This document shows positions 25,133 through 38,000 of a stretch of 64,000 bases of DNA, in pieces. The DNA comes from Chrysomallon squamiferum (taxonomy: Eukaryota > Animalia > Mollusca). The notes beneath the pieces are model-generated. The model had not been told where the DNA came from, made no database searches, and saw only the letters and a list, made by a program, of their open reading frames with translations. Position 1 is the first letter of the stretch. Each line of letters begins with the position of its first letter. Location of the stretch: assembly GCA_012295275.1 (NCBI GenBank), contig CM022673.1:12648001-12712000 (forward strand), given 5' to 3'. Position numbers and translations under genes: made by a program.

Positions 25133-28100
25133 TTAAGATAACAGTAATAAAAACAACATCGATAATAACAATAATAAAAAACAAAAAATAATAATAACAA
25201 TAATGGTAACAATTACAAACAGATGATCATGACAATAATAATTAAAACAAGAAATGTAATAACAGTAATCAAAATAATAATAACACTAACAATAACAATA
25301 ATAATAATAATAACAATAACAATAATGGTCACAATAAAGATGATGACGACACTGATGATTAAAACAACTAAGTAGTAGTAATAATAATAACAAAATCAAA
25401 AATATAATAACAATAATAAAAATAATAATAATAATAATAATAGTAACAATAACAATAATATTAACAATAACAATAATATTAACAACAAAAACAGGAACAG
25501 TAATAATAAAAATTGTTATTATATACTTGTACATCTGCAGCGATCCGGAAACGTAGGCTTGCCAGTGTGCACAGTAAAATATGAACAACTGAAAGCAAAC
25601 CAAACACATAAACAAATCTGGTTCATTCCCCAGCTTGAACGAAATCCCAATTCCAAGAGCTATTAAACCTAAAAGAAAAACAAATATCTCATAAATATGT
25701 TGTGTTAGAGGTGTGTTAATTATGAGTAATGTCGTTAAGAATGATAACAGCAAATGTTTTTATTTTATACTCAGTTTTACTGATGATGATAATAATAATA
25801 ATAATAATGATGATTGAGATGATGATTATATTAATGATAAAATGATAATGATAATAAAGATAATCATATTAATGATAATATATTATATATTGTAATAATA
25901 AATATAACAATGATGATGATGAAGATTATATTAATGATAAAAATAAATGATAATATGATAAAGATAATAATAATGATAATAATAATGATAACAATAAACA
26001 TAATGATAATCATATTAATGATGATGAGAATATAATAATAATTATACACTGTAATAATAATTAGCTGTATGAAAATAATCAGAAAATGATGACTATTGCT
26101 AACAACAACAACAACAACATGAACAACAACAGCAGTACACTAAGCTTACCATTGGTTACTGCATCACATCCATGATCTAAAACTTCCCCCAGGGGTGTGT
26201 TCGAGTTCGTACGTCGAGCCTGCTTCCCGTCAATGCTGTCCAGCGACTGGTAGATAAATATAGAAACTCCGCAAACGATGTACGCCCAGCCAGGAACCTA
26301 CCAGAATAACAAAGCAAAATTCTTGAAGGGGTCAAAGAAACAGTAGTAAAATATGGCAGGATTTTTACTGAATTTTTAACACATCATGTCAATGTTGGGT
26401 AAACTTGATACGATACGGTATCAGAGTGAAGACGTATGCTGAATGTTAAAATAAGGGATTCTAGGTTGTACAGCAGGCACGTCAAACATCAGGCCCGCGG
26501 CCCGCATGCGGCCCTTTACAAGCAGTATTGCGGCCGATCGTCCGTACAAAAATTAGAACAGCGCGAGCACGTTTTATCTTCGTAAATTTTTTTTTTTTTA
26601 AATCGTTTCAATTTTTTGGTACTTTTGCCAACTACTTTCTTTTGACTTCCGGCTAATCACGTGCAGGTCATTAACAGTTGTAAAAAGAAAACTTTCGTTT
26701 CTAATTTTTTAAATTTAAATTTTTATTTTTTGTATTTTTTTCAAACTACTTCATTACTTTGTATTCATGAATGCTGCTAAACTGCCAAAACATCTGTACG
26801 CAAATCTTTATTATAGATTAAGCACTGTGCAGATGCAATAAATGTAAACTGTTTATAATACACTTCTTGTTTCTTAGTTTTGTTAGTACAGCCCCAAACA
26901 TACTCAAATTTTGTTATGCGGCACCAGATAAAACTTGAATTTGACACCCCTTTTGTATAGCATACAACAGCAGACAGAAATATCGTGACTGGAATTAAAA
27001 CGAGCAACATTCTGAGTTCTGGCTAATAATAATTTATTATATACTATTAACACTGTCAATGTTTTTGGTTGTAGAATGTTTTGTATACTTTAAGACTTAA
27101 AGTTTAAGTGGATGTGCTTCTCTATATATGCCAATTATGGCGGTAACTACACTGAGGCAAATGAGGCAAATAGACGGTTTTTAAATTAAACGTAACTTTC
27201 TTCTTCTTCAAATTTAACAATCCATCGAGATTGAGGCCGATATGCAGTAAAACACTTGAATACTTTCTACACAGTTATCTGACATCATTCGTGACAGCTT
27301 CATTTTTTTAAATATTCGTAAGATCAGGTTTAATGGAATTTTGCTAGCTTAATTTTACCTAACTTTAGCAGCGTCCTTTTCTTCAGAGAAATACACATTT
27401 CCTTCGGTGATTTGCCTGTATACCATAGCATAGCCCAAGTATGCTCTGGCGGAGAACACACATACACACACGAAAATACGCACTCACCCAACACTACACA
27501 TATAAACAAACAATTGCAGAATGTGTATTATCATTATTATTGTTGTTGTTATTTTTATTATTATTATTGTTTCTGCTGCATTTCTTGTTATTAATAATAA
27601 CAGAAACGCAACCAAGACACTTCGCCAGTCCCGTCCCCAGCTTCTGCATCCGCCAGTGATATTACACAATCTTCCACGAAATAAAAATTCATGCCTGTAG
27701 TGTTGAATTCATTTATTCGTCTACATTCAGCTGTTTCAGTTAAGGTTAAGCATTCAGCGTCTGAAGGATAATTTTTTTTTTTTTTTTTTTTTTTAAATAT
27801 TATTGAATTAAAATTTTACAAATAACAGAGATCGATAAGTGATAGTAACAGCTGGTAGTTGTAAAACAGAACGGACTGGTTTCACAAAGCAACGTCGTCC
27901 TATAATTAATCCATGTATTTGCCATACTTATCTAGAGGCATGTGCGGTTAGAAGACAAATACAGAAACTAGACTTTCATATGTAGGAGAAAATAAGACAC
28001 AGCGAAATATTTAAAGATTAGTACTTCGAGAAGAAAATAAATATTCTAAATATATTTTGTTTACTTCCAGCATATTGTTTCGTAGGTTTCGATGAATAAT

Positions 28101-28908
28101 TTTAATTAATAGCAAAGTATGCCTGACTTGGGTAACAAAATATTATCGCTCCGCCATTTCACTTTGACATCATTTTGATTTATGAATAAGAATAAATGAA
28201 TATATCGATTGAAGTATGAATATGTATTACAAAGGACAAAATTACACGAGGTAACATTTAACGGAAGCACATCGATAACAATTTTTTTTTTTTTTTTTTT
28301 TCCAGATATGAATACAAACACATTTATGAATTTAGAATTACTGTGCACCTTAGGCGGTATGAAAAAAACCTACTGCACAATATGTGTGCAATACCTAATA
28401 TTTTTTATCCTTTTAAAATCTCTGGCACTTCATGTCACGAATGAATTTAGTTCTCCATTCAGATGTTTTGTAGCAGTACAGCTTCGACCTCATACTTTAT
28501 CATTAGCTATCACTGGTCGCCGGTAACAAATTAAACAACAATATGAAAGTGTATAAAAACATTCGTCCGTGACAAAGTCTTGGATGCCACAATTAAATGT
28601 CACGATCACGTATACTTGCAAACTTGCTGTCTTTTTCAAATAATACATAATTAGATATTAAGGTCTTAAGTGTGGGTACTAACCTCGTGTCTCGCATCAG
28701 GACTGTATGACGTCAGAATAGATGTTGAGATAACGATGACTGACAGACCGGCCAGTGTAATGGCGTTTGGCGACCACCAGAGAGGCACATATTTTAACAA
28801 CCAGTTCCAGTATACCTGCAGCATCGGCTCCAACAACGTCAACCCTTGGACGGAATACTTGTGTTCCGCAAGTCGTTGTAGCTGCCGTTCGTTCAATAAA
28901 GTGCTCAT
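21482..28908 (-). CDS. Choline/ethanolamine phosphotransferase (CEPT1/CHPT1 family), divergent copy B; complete, 8 coding exons, 390 aa
   Basis: Exons (minus) 28908-28684, 26297-26150, 25668-25527, 24403-24319, 23748-23614, 23213-23055, 22560-22435, 21634-21482; 1173 nt, open frame, GT-AG throughout. N-terminus [19 protein letters not shown]...[12 protein letters not shown]; motif [26 protein letters not shown]; [10 protein letters not shown]; ends ...RHLTNCYH*. Confidence 0.93.
21760..22370. repeat. 68-bp higher-order minisatellite (dimer of related about 34-bp subunits) in the last intron of copy B
   Basis: Unit GGCAGGAGGCAAGGAATAAAGGAATGCTTTCCTATAGTGTGAGACAAGGATATGGAATGCTCTTATGT at 22027, 22095, 22163, 22231, 22299; more degenerate monomers at 21760-22025. 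Confidence 0.9.
22595..22840. repeat. Degenerate 18-20-bp tandem repeat
   Basis: AATGAAGTGAATAAACAA-like unit repeated about a dozen times in an intron of copy B. Confidence 0.7.
23240..23300. repeat. (AAT)n microsatellite
   Basis: AAT run next to the minus-strand acceptor at 23215-23214. Confidence 0.9.
24420..26130. repeat. Extended (AAT)/(AAC)/(GAT) low-complexity tracts filling two introns of copy B
   Basis: Degenerate trinucleotide repeats over about 1.7 kb, interrupted only by exon 25527-25668 and its flank. Confidence 0.9.
26474..26952. mobile_element. Non-autonomous hAT (Charlie-like) DNA transposon / MITE in intron 1 of copy B
   Basis: Left end CAGGCACGTCAAAC followed by GGCCCGCGGCCCGCATGCGGCCC. 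Right end ATTTGACACCCCTT, an imperfect inverted match. Flanked by 8-bp direct repeats TTGTACAG (26466-26473) and TTGTATAG (26953-26960). No transposase ORF. Confidence 0.8.
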
Positions 28909-28938
28909 TTTCTTTTCTTTTCTTAAATCCGTATTTTA

Positions 28939-29311
28939 CTGAAACGAGATGGTACTGATTATATGTAATTAATAACAACGTACAGAATTCAAACAATAAC
29001 GTTGAAAAGTCAACACAACTTGCACAGTGTGAAAGAATTCGAACGCAATGTAGTTTTTCACCGAGTATTTGCAGCAGTTAGTGAAAGCTGGCGTAATCTG
29101 TAATAGTCGATACCATTTTACTTGCAGTGAGCGGAACTAGTTGTGTCAAGGGTACTTCCGCTGATTTAATGTCCAATTATTTAATAATTAAAATCACTTC
29201 ATCGACAATGCTGGCTGTTGCTTACCTCCTGTTATTATGAAATCTTGAATTCGCCCTTGTTTGTGTCATCCGAATGACAAGTTTGACGTTTATCAATTCA
29301 GTTCACGTGAT
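28939..29311 (-). promoter_or_regulatory. Candidate 5'UTR intron, non-coding first exon and proximal promoter of copy B
   Basis: Minus-strand acceptor TTTCAG (AG at 28940-28939) 30 nt before the ATG; donor GAG|GTAAG at 29226/29225; E-box TCACGTGA at 29303-29310; ETS-like ACTTCCG at 29154-29160. Confidence 0.45.
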
Positions 29312-29485
29312 TAAAACAGGCCCGTTACAGAATTTTGTTTAAGTGGGAATAAATATGCAAACGTTTTTTTATTTATTTATTTTTATGTGTTTATGTTTAT
29401 TTTTATGTTTAATATTTATTTATTTATTTGTGAGTAAATTAATGTCGATATGTGTATCATAAAAGTTGATTTCGTTGTTTTTTCG

Positions 29486-29486
<1 letters not shown>

Positions 29487-29532
<46 letters not shown>
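29487..29532. repeat. (TG)n microsatellite
   Basis: Perfect TG run upstream of copy B. Confidence 0.9.
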
Positions 29533-29535
<3 letters not shown>

Positions 29536-31103
29536 TTTGATGTGCACAAAATGAAAGAGAGAGAGTCCATAATAGTTCTTTTTTTTTTTTTTTTTTTTTT
29601 GGTTTTTTTTTTGGGGGGTTATACTTGGAATATAAAACTTAATACAAAATTGGAAAATGAAATATTCAGGCAATAAAAAAGCAAATACTTTTATGACTGT
29701 TTAATAGTAAAACAGTTATATATTTAATTAAGTTGATTAAAAGGATGGTTTAATGTTTCTTTTTACTGTAAGTTACACAACTATTATCATTATATTTTAT
29801 GTAGCAATGCTAACGCCCATTAGGGGCGCTTGCCACATTTCTCAGCAATGGCAAATGCACAACGTCAAAATTATACCCTAATTTACTATATGTTGAAAAC
29901 TAGAATGAGATCAAATATCAGTTTGTTTTGTTACCGGAATTTCTAATAACTGAAAATCTGAAAATAAAGCGAAAGAGGGAAATAGAAAAAAATGACAATT
30001 GAATGTTGGGGAAAAAATCATAAAAAATGGAAAACAGATTATTCATTTGGAACATTTATATCGGTCTTCTTTCACATTCTGCCTTGTGTTTGAAAAATAA
30101 CCCCCGTAGTTATTGTTTAACAGCCATTTGAAGTGAAGCGGTGGTATCCGATCCATAAAAAATAACCCCTCATGAATGACAACTCTATATGATCAGCTGC
30201 AGAATTAAATGTCAAAATAACAGAAAAATTACGTTTTCAGAACGACAATTCTTACTCAGGAATGATCTCACGTTTATATACCAATTGAAATAAGCTGAAA
30301 ACAATATTTAATTCAGTAAGTCTGTCTCTAAGAAGGTCTTTGTAATGAGAACACTTTACTGAATAGATCACGCAAATCAGATAAAGGTTTTCTGACTTAA
30401 GGTTGACTTTAAAAAAAAAAAAAAAAAATAATAGGTGTGTGGATTTTTGACAAGTTTGAAATACGATATATTTGCCAATTTTTTTGGTATCTCCAAATTT
30501 TTGGTGTTTTTTAATCTGGGACTAAATGACTTTCGATTCATAAAAAACACATCTTTATTTGACAATAAAAATAATTTTTAAAAAAATTAAAAATTAATTA
30601 AAAATGTGTTAGCATTGATATTTTACGGCTGCATATTTTAAGGGTATCTGAAATCTGACACATTCTAAAGGATCCGAAAATTCAGGAATTAATTCTGTTC
30701 AAACGGATTGGTTTAAATAATTATTTTACACATATCAGTTAATAAACATAACAACTGAAAAAACAAAAGCAATCTAAACTTACTATTTAATGTGCAGTTT
30801 AATAAAAGAGCTTCACCTTAAAAGCGAGTGTTTACTTAAGAACGGAAGTGCAACGTCAGATGCCCATCTTCTGCAAAATGACGTAGCTATCTGCACAAGC
30901 ACTGCCATAATATTGCTTAATTAGAGAAGAATTTAATTCGATTAGTTTTATACATCATTTGTAATTTCTGACATAACATTATTGATGATTCTCTTTTATA
31001 ATACCCCGACCTTCCCATGGTTTATATTACTATTTGATGAGCTTACTTTGGGTGGTAAGATTTTAAAAATAATAAATAATTTAACGTAATAAAAATTGGT
31101 AAC

Positions 31104-31104
<1 letters not shown>

Positions 31105-31154
<50 letters not shown>
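31105..31154. repeat. (TAT)n microsatellite
   Basis: Perfect TAT run. Confidence 0.9.
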
Positions 31155-34100
31155 GAATTACACATATATTTATAAATCGATGAGTTTCAGCAGTGATTGT
31201 ATTTAATGATATGTTGTGAAAAAGTTTCTTACAGAATTTGTTACAAAGGTTCCTTTGATTTATGTTTGTCAGAAACATAACCCTTCGCCAAGGTTTACAT
31301 ATTGCTCATCTTGGAACGACACACAGTTTAAAAAGGGAAATCTATAAATAAACTGTAGCCTAACATTATTTTGTTAAAAATTCAAAAAATGCATAAAGCA
31401 GCATGTTGTTTTAAGGTATTTTCGCCGTAGGCATATCAAAATCAGCTTTTAAAATACTACAAATAACATGCGAATGCATATTTATGTCACAAATGTAATA
31501 TGTATGTTTTATCACTGTCCGAAATTACTGCAACCATAAACAGATGCCCAGAAGATCCAAATACAACAATTAAAGAAATGAGCACAGATGTTTCAGCTAT
31601 GAAACTTACATGAGATACGGCTACAGAGTGAACATTTTCCGTGATAACCCTATTATGCCTATTAACGTTAGATGAATGCAATGAAAAAAATTCCAACATT
31701 TATCTTCCCCTTATTTATAAGATTGTTTTAAAAAACGGATAGAAAGAAATGAATTAGGATTACGAATTATTCACTGTATCTGTATATTGACTGTTATTAT
31801 ACTTCATCGACACACACAAACAAAATAATCATGAAATCTTACATCTTCGATTTTGTATTTTCTTACTCGACGTTCATTTGTGTGCCCGTTTCGTGAAAGG
31901 GTCTAAAACACCGACAGCCAAACCGTTGATTCATGTAAAACGAAAATAAGTATTAACATTGCTTTACTTATTTCTTTCTTTTCTTTAATAAATATAGTGA
32001 ATTTATAATGATGCAGTAATAAATTAAAACAGTTTACATTTTAGAGGAATATCTTAAAATCGTTACAGGTCATAGCAGTTAGTGGTCAATGTTTTACCTC
32101 CTATCAAGTTAAGTAAATCTATCCCGCCATTATGTAACCAACCGGTACGAAGTCGTTAAAAAATAGATCTACAATAAAGCTAAATCAGTAAAATCTACGC
32201 ATTAAAAAACTGAAATAGCATGTTTTACCTTTTCACTTATAAGAAAGATTAACAGCATGTGTGTGTCGAGTCTATTTAGCAAAACGTCATATGTTACAAA
32301 CCTTACTTCTGCCCGGCGCTTTCGCAAGCGTAGTCACAGCAGCCAAATAAAAAGAAAGCCGGTGTTGTCGATTTTTTGTTTTCACTTTTTTAATAATAAT
32401 AAAATTATTTCTGACTAAAGGTCTGTATTACTTTTTCTTCAAAGAGCAACTGATAATTATTGAAATATAGATCTACATTATAAAGAATCTGGGAAAGCTT
32501 CTGTTTTTGTTTATTTTGTTTGATTTTACTCTGCAGATTTACATGATAACATTTTAAAAATAAAATGCCTGTTGAAAAATAAATTGAATCCTTTTAAAGA
32601 CATTGTACTCATATACTGAGGATTTCTAGAAGGTAATTACAATATGGATGGATCACATAATATGATTTATTAATTATAATTATGTTTATAAAGCAAGCAA
32701 TAACATTTTAAAAAGACATCCCAATATTACAGTTTAATTTTCATTTCCATGAGAACAGTTCCATTCTTAGGAGAGCAACAGTACTAAATCCAAATCAAAA
32801 GGATTATTTTGAGCTTGCAGTAAATATGCCAAATACACAAATCTAAAGTCTAAACAATGCTAGTGCATCACATCTTAATGGAAAATCAGCCATCACTGAA
32901 AATATTTACTAATAAATGATTGAATTGATTTTAATCATTTAATTTGTTGGATGTTGAAAAGAAAAATTTACAGACTTAATTTTGACTGTTTTCTGCAATA
33001 AAATGTATTTGTTCCATCATTTATGTTTTACTGGATGCTGAAATCATCTTGATTGTATTAAATATGTGAATATTGCAGCACATACTGATTCTTAGGAAAT
33101 TAATAAAAATGATATGTACACATAAGGAATAAATTGTTTGGTCAGCTATGAAATAATTTTCCTTTCTTGTCTGTTTCTTTTACTTTTCTTTATTTGTGTT
33201 TTATTATTACTTTTTTTTTTTTACTTTCATTATATAATTATATTTACATGTATGACATTGTTTAAGAATATCTTCTGAAATAATTATGGAAAAGGAATTT
33301 AAAACTTTTATATATATATAAAGTATGTTCTTTAACATCTTTTTTATTAAAAAAAAAAAAATGAAAGCAGCTAGTTGTTATTAAAACTTATTTTCAAAAC
33401 AAAATTTAATTGGGTAAACTGATATTTACCTTAATAAAATAAAATGCAGGTTTGAGTACATGTAATTCTGAAACTACATTTTATCAGATGAAATGTATTT
33501 CAATACTGCTTGATAATGAAAAGGACAAGTTGAGCATAAACAATTTTTTTGAGAACATGTAAATGACTGCTGATGTTTTTACTTCAGTATTTTTACTGTT
33601 CAAATTTTTTTAAACATTGTCTGTTAAGGATCTTGCATTGAAATATTTACTTCATGACAACTGAAATTATATCAAGCTATTTCAAAATTTATTTAATAAT
33701 TCAAGCATTATTTCCGTTTAAGATAATTCATGAATAGTTGGCATCCACAGAATAAAGAACATTTAGAGAATTAGAAACAAAAATAAAATATGAAACAGTT
33801 TATTTGCTCAAGAAGCAATTAAGCTTTTAACAAATACAAATTAAGCTCGATCGTATTTTAAAATTAGTGTACATTTTTGCGTATCCTTCATAAAAAGGTT
33901 AACTGCACTGACTACCAATACTGCAGTAATACAATGACTTGCAGAAAAAGATAAACATTGTAACATGAATTCTATATAGATAAAACTAATAAAAATTAAA
34001 AAATACGTTTAAAACCAACAAATTATTGTGCATCATTATATTTTATAATAATATTAAACATTGAATAATAAAAATGTAAATTGAAATAATGCAATTTTTT

Positions 34101-35056
34101 ATTTTTATTTTTAAATACTGGTTAAATTCTAATTAATTATCACAGTGATTATTATCTACACATTCACAATCTATAATCAGAAAAAACAAAAATAATTATT
34201 CACATCTCCTAATTTAATTTTTGCTCGCTGTTTCAGAGTCAACATTTTCAGTCAGCACAAAATTACAAATTAAATGAATTTAAATATGTTTCCTTAGAAT
34301 AAGAATTCAACCAAAAGAAAAAGGTTAACATCAGTGGATATAATATTTTAAATTTGGAGTACAATATATTTTTTGTATTTGTGTATATGCAGGGATATTC
34401 CTAATCATAGAGTTAAATTATCTCAGATCCCTTTACACATTCACAATTCATTCATAGAAAAACATTTTGAACAGAATCATCACATCCAAATGATGTTGGA
34501 ATCATAATTTGTGTTTTTTTAGACAGATTTGTGTGAGACAGTTTCATTTGTGCAGAAGGAATGTAAATCAAATAAACAACCAAATATATGGACTAAAATG
34601 TAGTATTCCAGAGAGTATAGATGAGATATATATTTCTACTCGGAATGTATAAATATCTATAAATAAAAGATTAATGTAGATTCATACACATAAAAAGTAT
34701 TCATATAATAGAAAATTATTCATGAAAATAATCTTTCAAACTACAAACTACTTATATAAGGATTTCATATTTAATTATATGCATGGAAGAAGAAATCGCT
34801 GGGCATAATTTGTTACATGTAAGGCTAGATTTGTTTCATTTGTTGTTTTATGGTTCAATGCAAAAAAAAGTAATAAAAGGCCTTATATTTATAAAAATAC
34901 TACTGAATAGTTAGAGGTCAAAGTGTTTGAGAAAACTAACAAGAAATCAAGCAATAAACCTAAATATATATGTATAAATTTTATGGATGGGAATATTCCA
35001 AAGCTGGTTCAGAATTTGAGAAAATGTTTATACAAAATCAGCACCTCCAAGCATGT

Positions 35057-38000
35057 TTAAGTTAGCTTTGCAACTTCATCCATGTAGGCTCCAAGTACTT
35101 TTATCTGAAAGACAAAATTTTTAAATTATTTAAAATATATATATATGTCCATAAAAAAGAAAAATGAATGCTAATAACTGAATTAACAAAAACAAAAAAT
35201 ATAACTGGTTTATTAACTATTCATCTGTTTTTCCTACCACTGTATATTTTTCTTTCTTTTTTATTAGAGCATATTTTTAATGATAACAATAAACCAGATC
35301 CGAAAAGCTTTCTTTTGGAAGTATTTAAAACATACCCCATTGATATAATTTGTTCTGTCAATTTTCTCATTCTGCGAATGGGCACCATCGTCACAAGCAC
35401 CAATGGGAAGCAACATAACATTCTTGCCTGTTGCTTCTTGGAATGTCAAGGTCACTGGAATACTACCACCCTCTCTTGTCATATCTGGCTCCACTCCAAA
35501 CACTAGTGACATTAAAAATAATAATAATAAAATTAAAAACCTCCTGAAGTAAAATTATCGTAACACTATATTAAAGACAAACATCTGATGGTCAAAACCA
35601 AAATTTATAACAGAATTTGAATGTAAAAATAATTTTGACTGTATTCAATAAATCAACCATTTTAAAATACTCCCATCTAATTGAAATTCAAGCCTCTCTG
35701 TTAATTACCTACAATATCCAGGATATTGAGTTATATTCCAAAATAAACATTCAGTTATTCTAACATTACCTTTTTTCACGGCCTTTCTTCCAGCCATGTA
35801 ATGTGAATGGTTAGGATCAGTTAACCAGTAATTTCCACCATGAAACATCGATATTCTACATATTAAAAAAAATTCGAAAAAAACTGATTTAAAAACTGAT
35901 AATTATGATAAAAAAAGTATTAAAACTTCTTTTTTTACTTTTTTTTTAGATGATAAAAAAACACTATTCTATGATTGTAATCAGTATTTTGTTATTATTT
36001 TACTTAAAATTTAAAATTTGTTATTACCAGAATAGATAAGAATCTCAAAAACTGACCAGCATCATTCATATTGTCATCATATGTACAGTTATGTAACTTG
36101 ACCTCTGATTGGTTTTTGGGGCATTTCAACCAATGGCTAAGACTGATATATTTGATAGTTATCTGCCATGTTAACCCTAATTTGTTAAATAGTTAAACTA
36201 TTGATTTAATTATTAATATTAATGTTAATGTTAATGTTAATGTTAACAGGTTTTTTTTTCTTTCTTTCTTTTTTTTTTTTAAATTTGCTTACTTGACATT
36301 GTTTGGACTTCCACTTTCCTTGTGCGCTTTCTCAATATGAGCTTTCACCAGTTTGCTTACTTCATCAGGCTTAAGATTGGGCACAAGTCGAATAGAAAAC
36401 TTTCCTACTACTTTTCTAGGAATCACTGTCTTAGCTCCTGAGTCACTGAATGCCCCATGAATACCTGGATAAATAAATAAATAAAATCAACATTATCAAC
36501 AAATGAATGTACTGTTAAAAAGTGTTCCCCAATATTATTTTTTTTAAACGTCAATTGCACAAAACAACATTTAGGAAAAACATCTAATATTCCCACAAAT
36601 CTACTACTTTACAATCACACATTATCATCAGAAAAGTCACAAAGTGGTCATTGCAAAGATAAAAAAATTATTTATATTGCTACCTGTTATATTTTTAACA
36701 CAAAACAGATAATTTAAAATACAAAATTATAAAATTTGTTCTTTTATACAAGGTGGAACAGTTTTACATGTTAGTATATAAAATGTATTCAGTCTGTATG
36801 TTAAATACAAACCATGGATAGAAAGAGAAGGAAATCTCCAGCGATGCATCAGGCATTCTTCTTTGGTATCATGAATAAGTTTGTTGGCACCAATGTCCTT
36901 CCTGTAATCTTCTTTGTCGAAGTCAATTGGTCCATACAGTTTCTTTTCTTCATCTGTTACCTTGGCAACCAGCTCATTGATCCCAGGAATGAGAATTTTT
37001 CCTTTGTTTGTGACGAGGGTACCAAGTAATGCAATCAAGTCAACCATCGCTTCATGTCTGTAAAAGTAGAAAAAGAAAAAAATGGAGCAAATTCTGTGAA
37101 TTAAAATAAATAAATCATGAATCTAATCTAATGAAATCTGCTTCAGTGTTTATATTTTGATATGTATTTTGAACTCAAAAAGATTTTTTTTTTTAAATAT
37201 TTATTTAATTATTTATTTAACATGGCATTATTTATCAGAATACTGAATCTTAATCTGCTCTGCAGCATTAATTTTCATTTTTTTTTACTTCTCATATCTT
37301 TCAATAATATTTATTATAACTTTTCTGCAGTTATTTGAAACACAGTACACTGCTTATAAAACTTACACTGAACCTCCAAAAACACCTGAATGCAAATCCT
37401 TTGATGCACATTCCACTTCCAAGAAGAAATAACAGATTCCTCTGAAATATAAAAACAGATTTAAAAAAAAAAAATAAAGGGAAAGAAAAAGATTTTCTCC
37501 ATCAAATATCACTTTGCATATTAATAATTACACAACTGAAGAAATCTTATAATTACCATACAAAATGACAAAAATAAAATCTTGGCTGACAGATTAATAT
37601 TTACTCATAATTTACGGGCTTTACATGACATTTTGGACCTCATCCACCTAATCGAGCTGTACGTAAATCTCAGAACTTTTCTTATAAACTATTATTTTCT
37701 CTTAATGCTTTAAAATCTACATTCCCATAAACAGGATGGCATAAACTAATGGGTTTAATATATGAGAGTATATTAAACCTAGTGGGAAGGGAGATAATCC
37801 AATCAATACAAAGATATATCAATTCAGTGTGGCAAAAGTAATGTCTTTGTTTTATTTATTTGCTCTTACTGAACTAAATTAATGTATTGTTTATAACTGA
37901 TATAAATTATATAACATAAAACTACAAAATATATAGAGAGTTTTACAATATAAAATGATAAAAACAGAAATAAAAAAGGGGTTACTTTTGCCATTATTAA

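Noticed and set aside
27137-27658. Harbinger-like MITE ends (ATGGCGG ... CCGCCAGTG)
   Set aside because: Inverted match is only about 6-7 bp with no clear target duplication.
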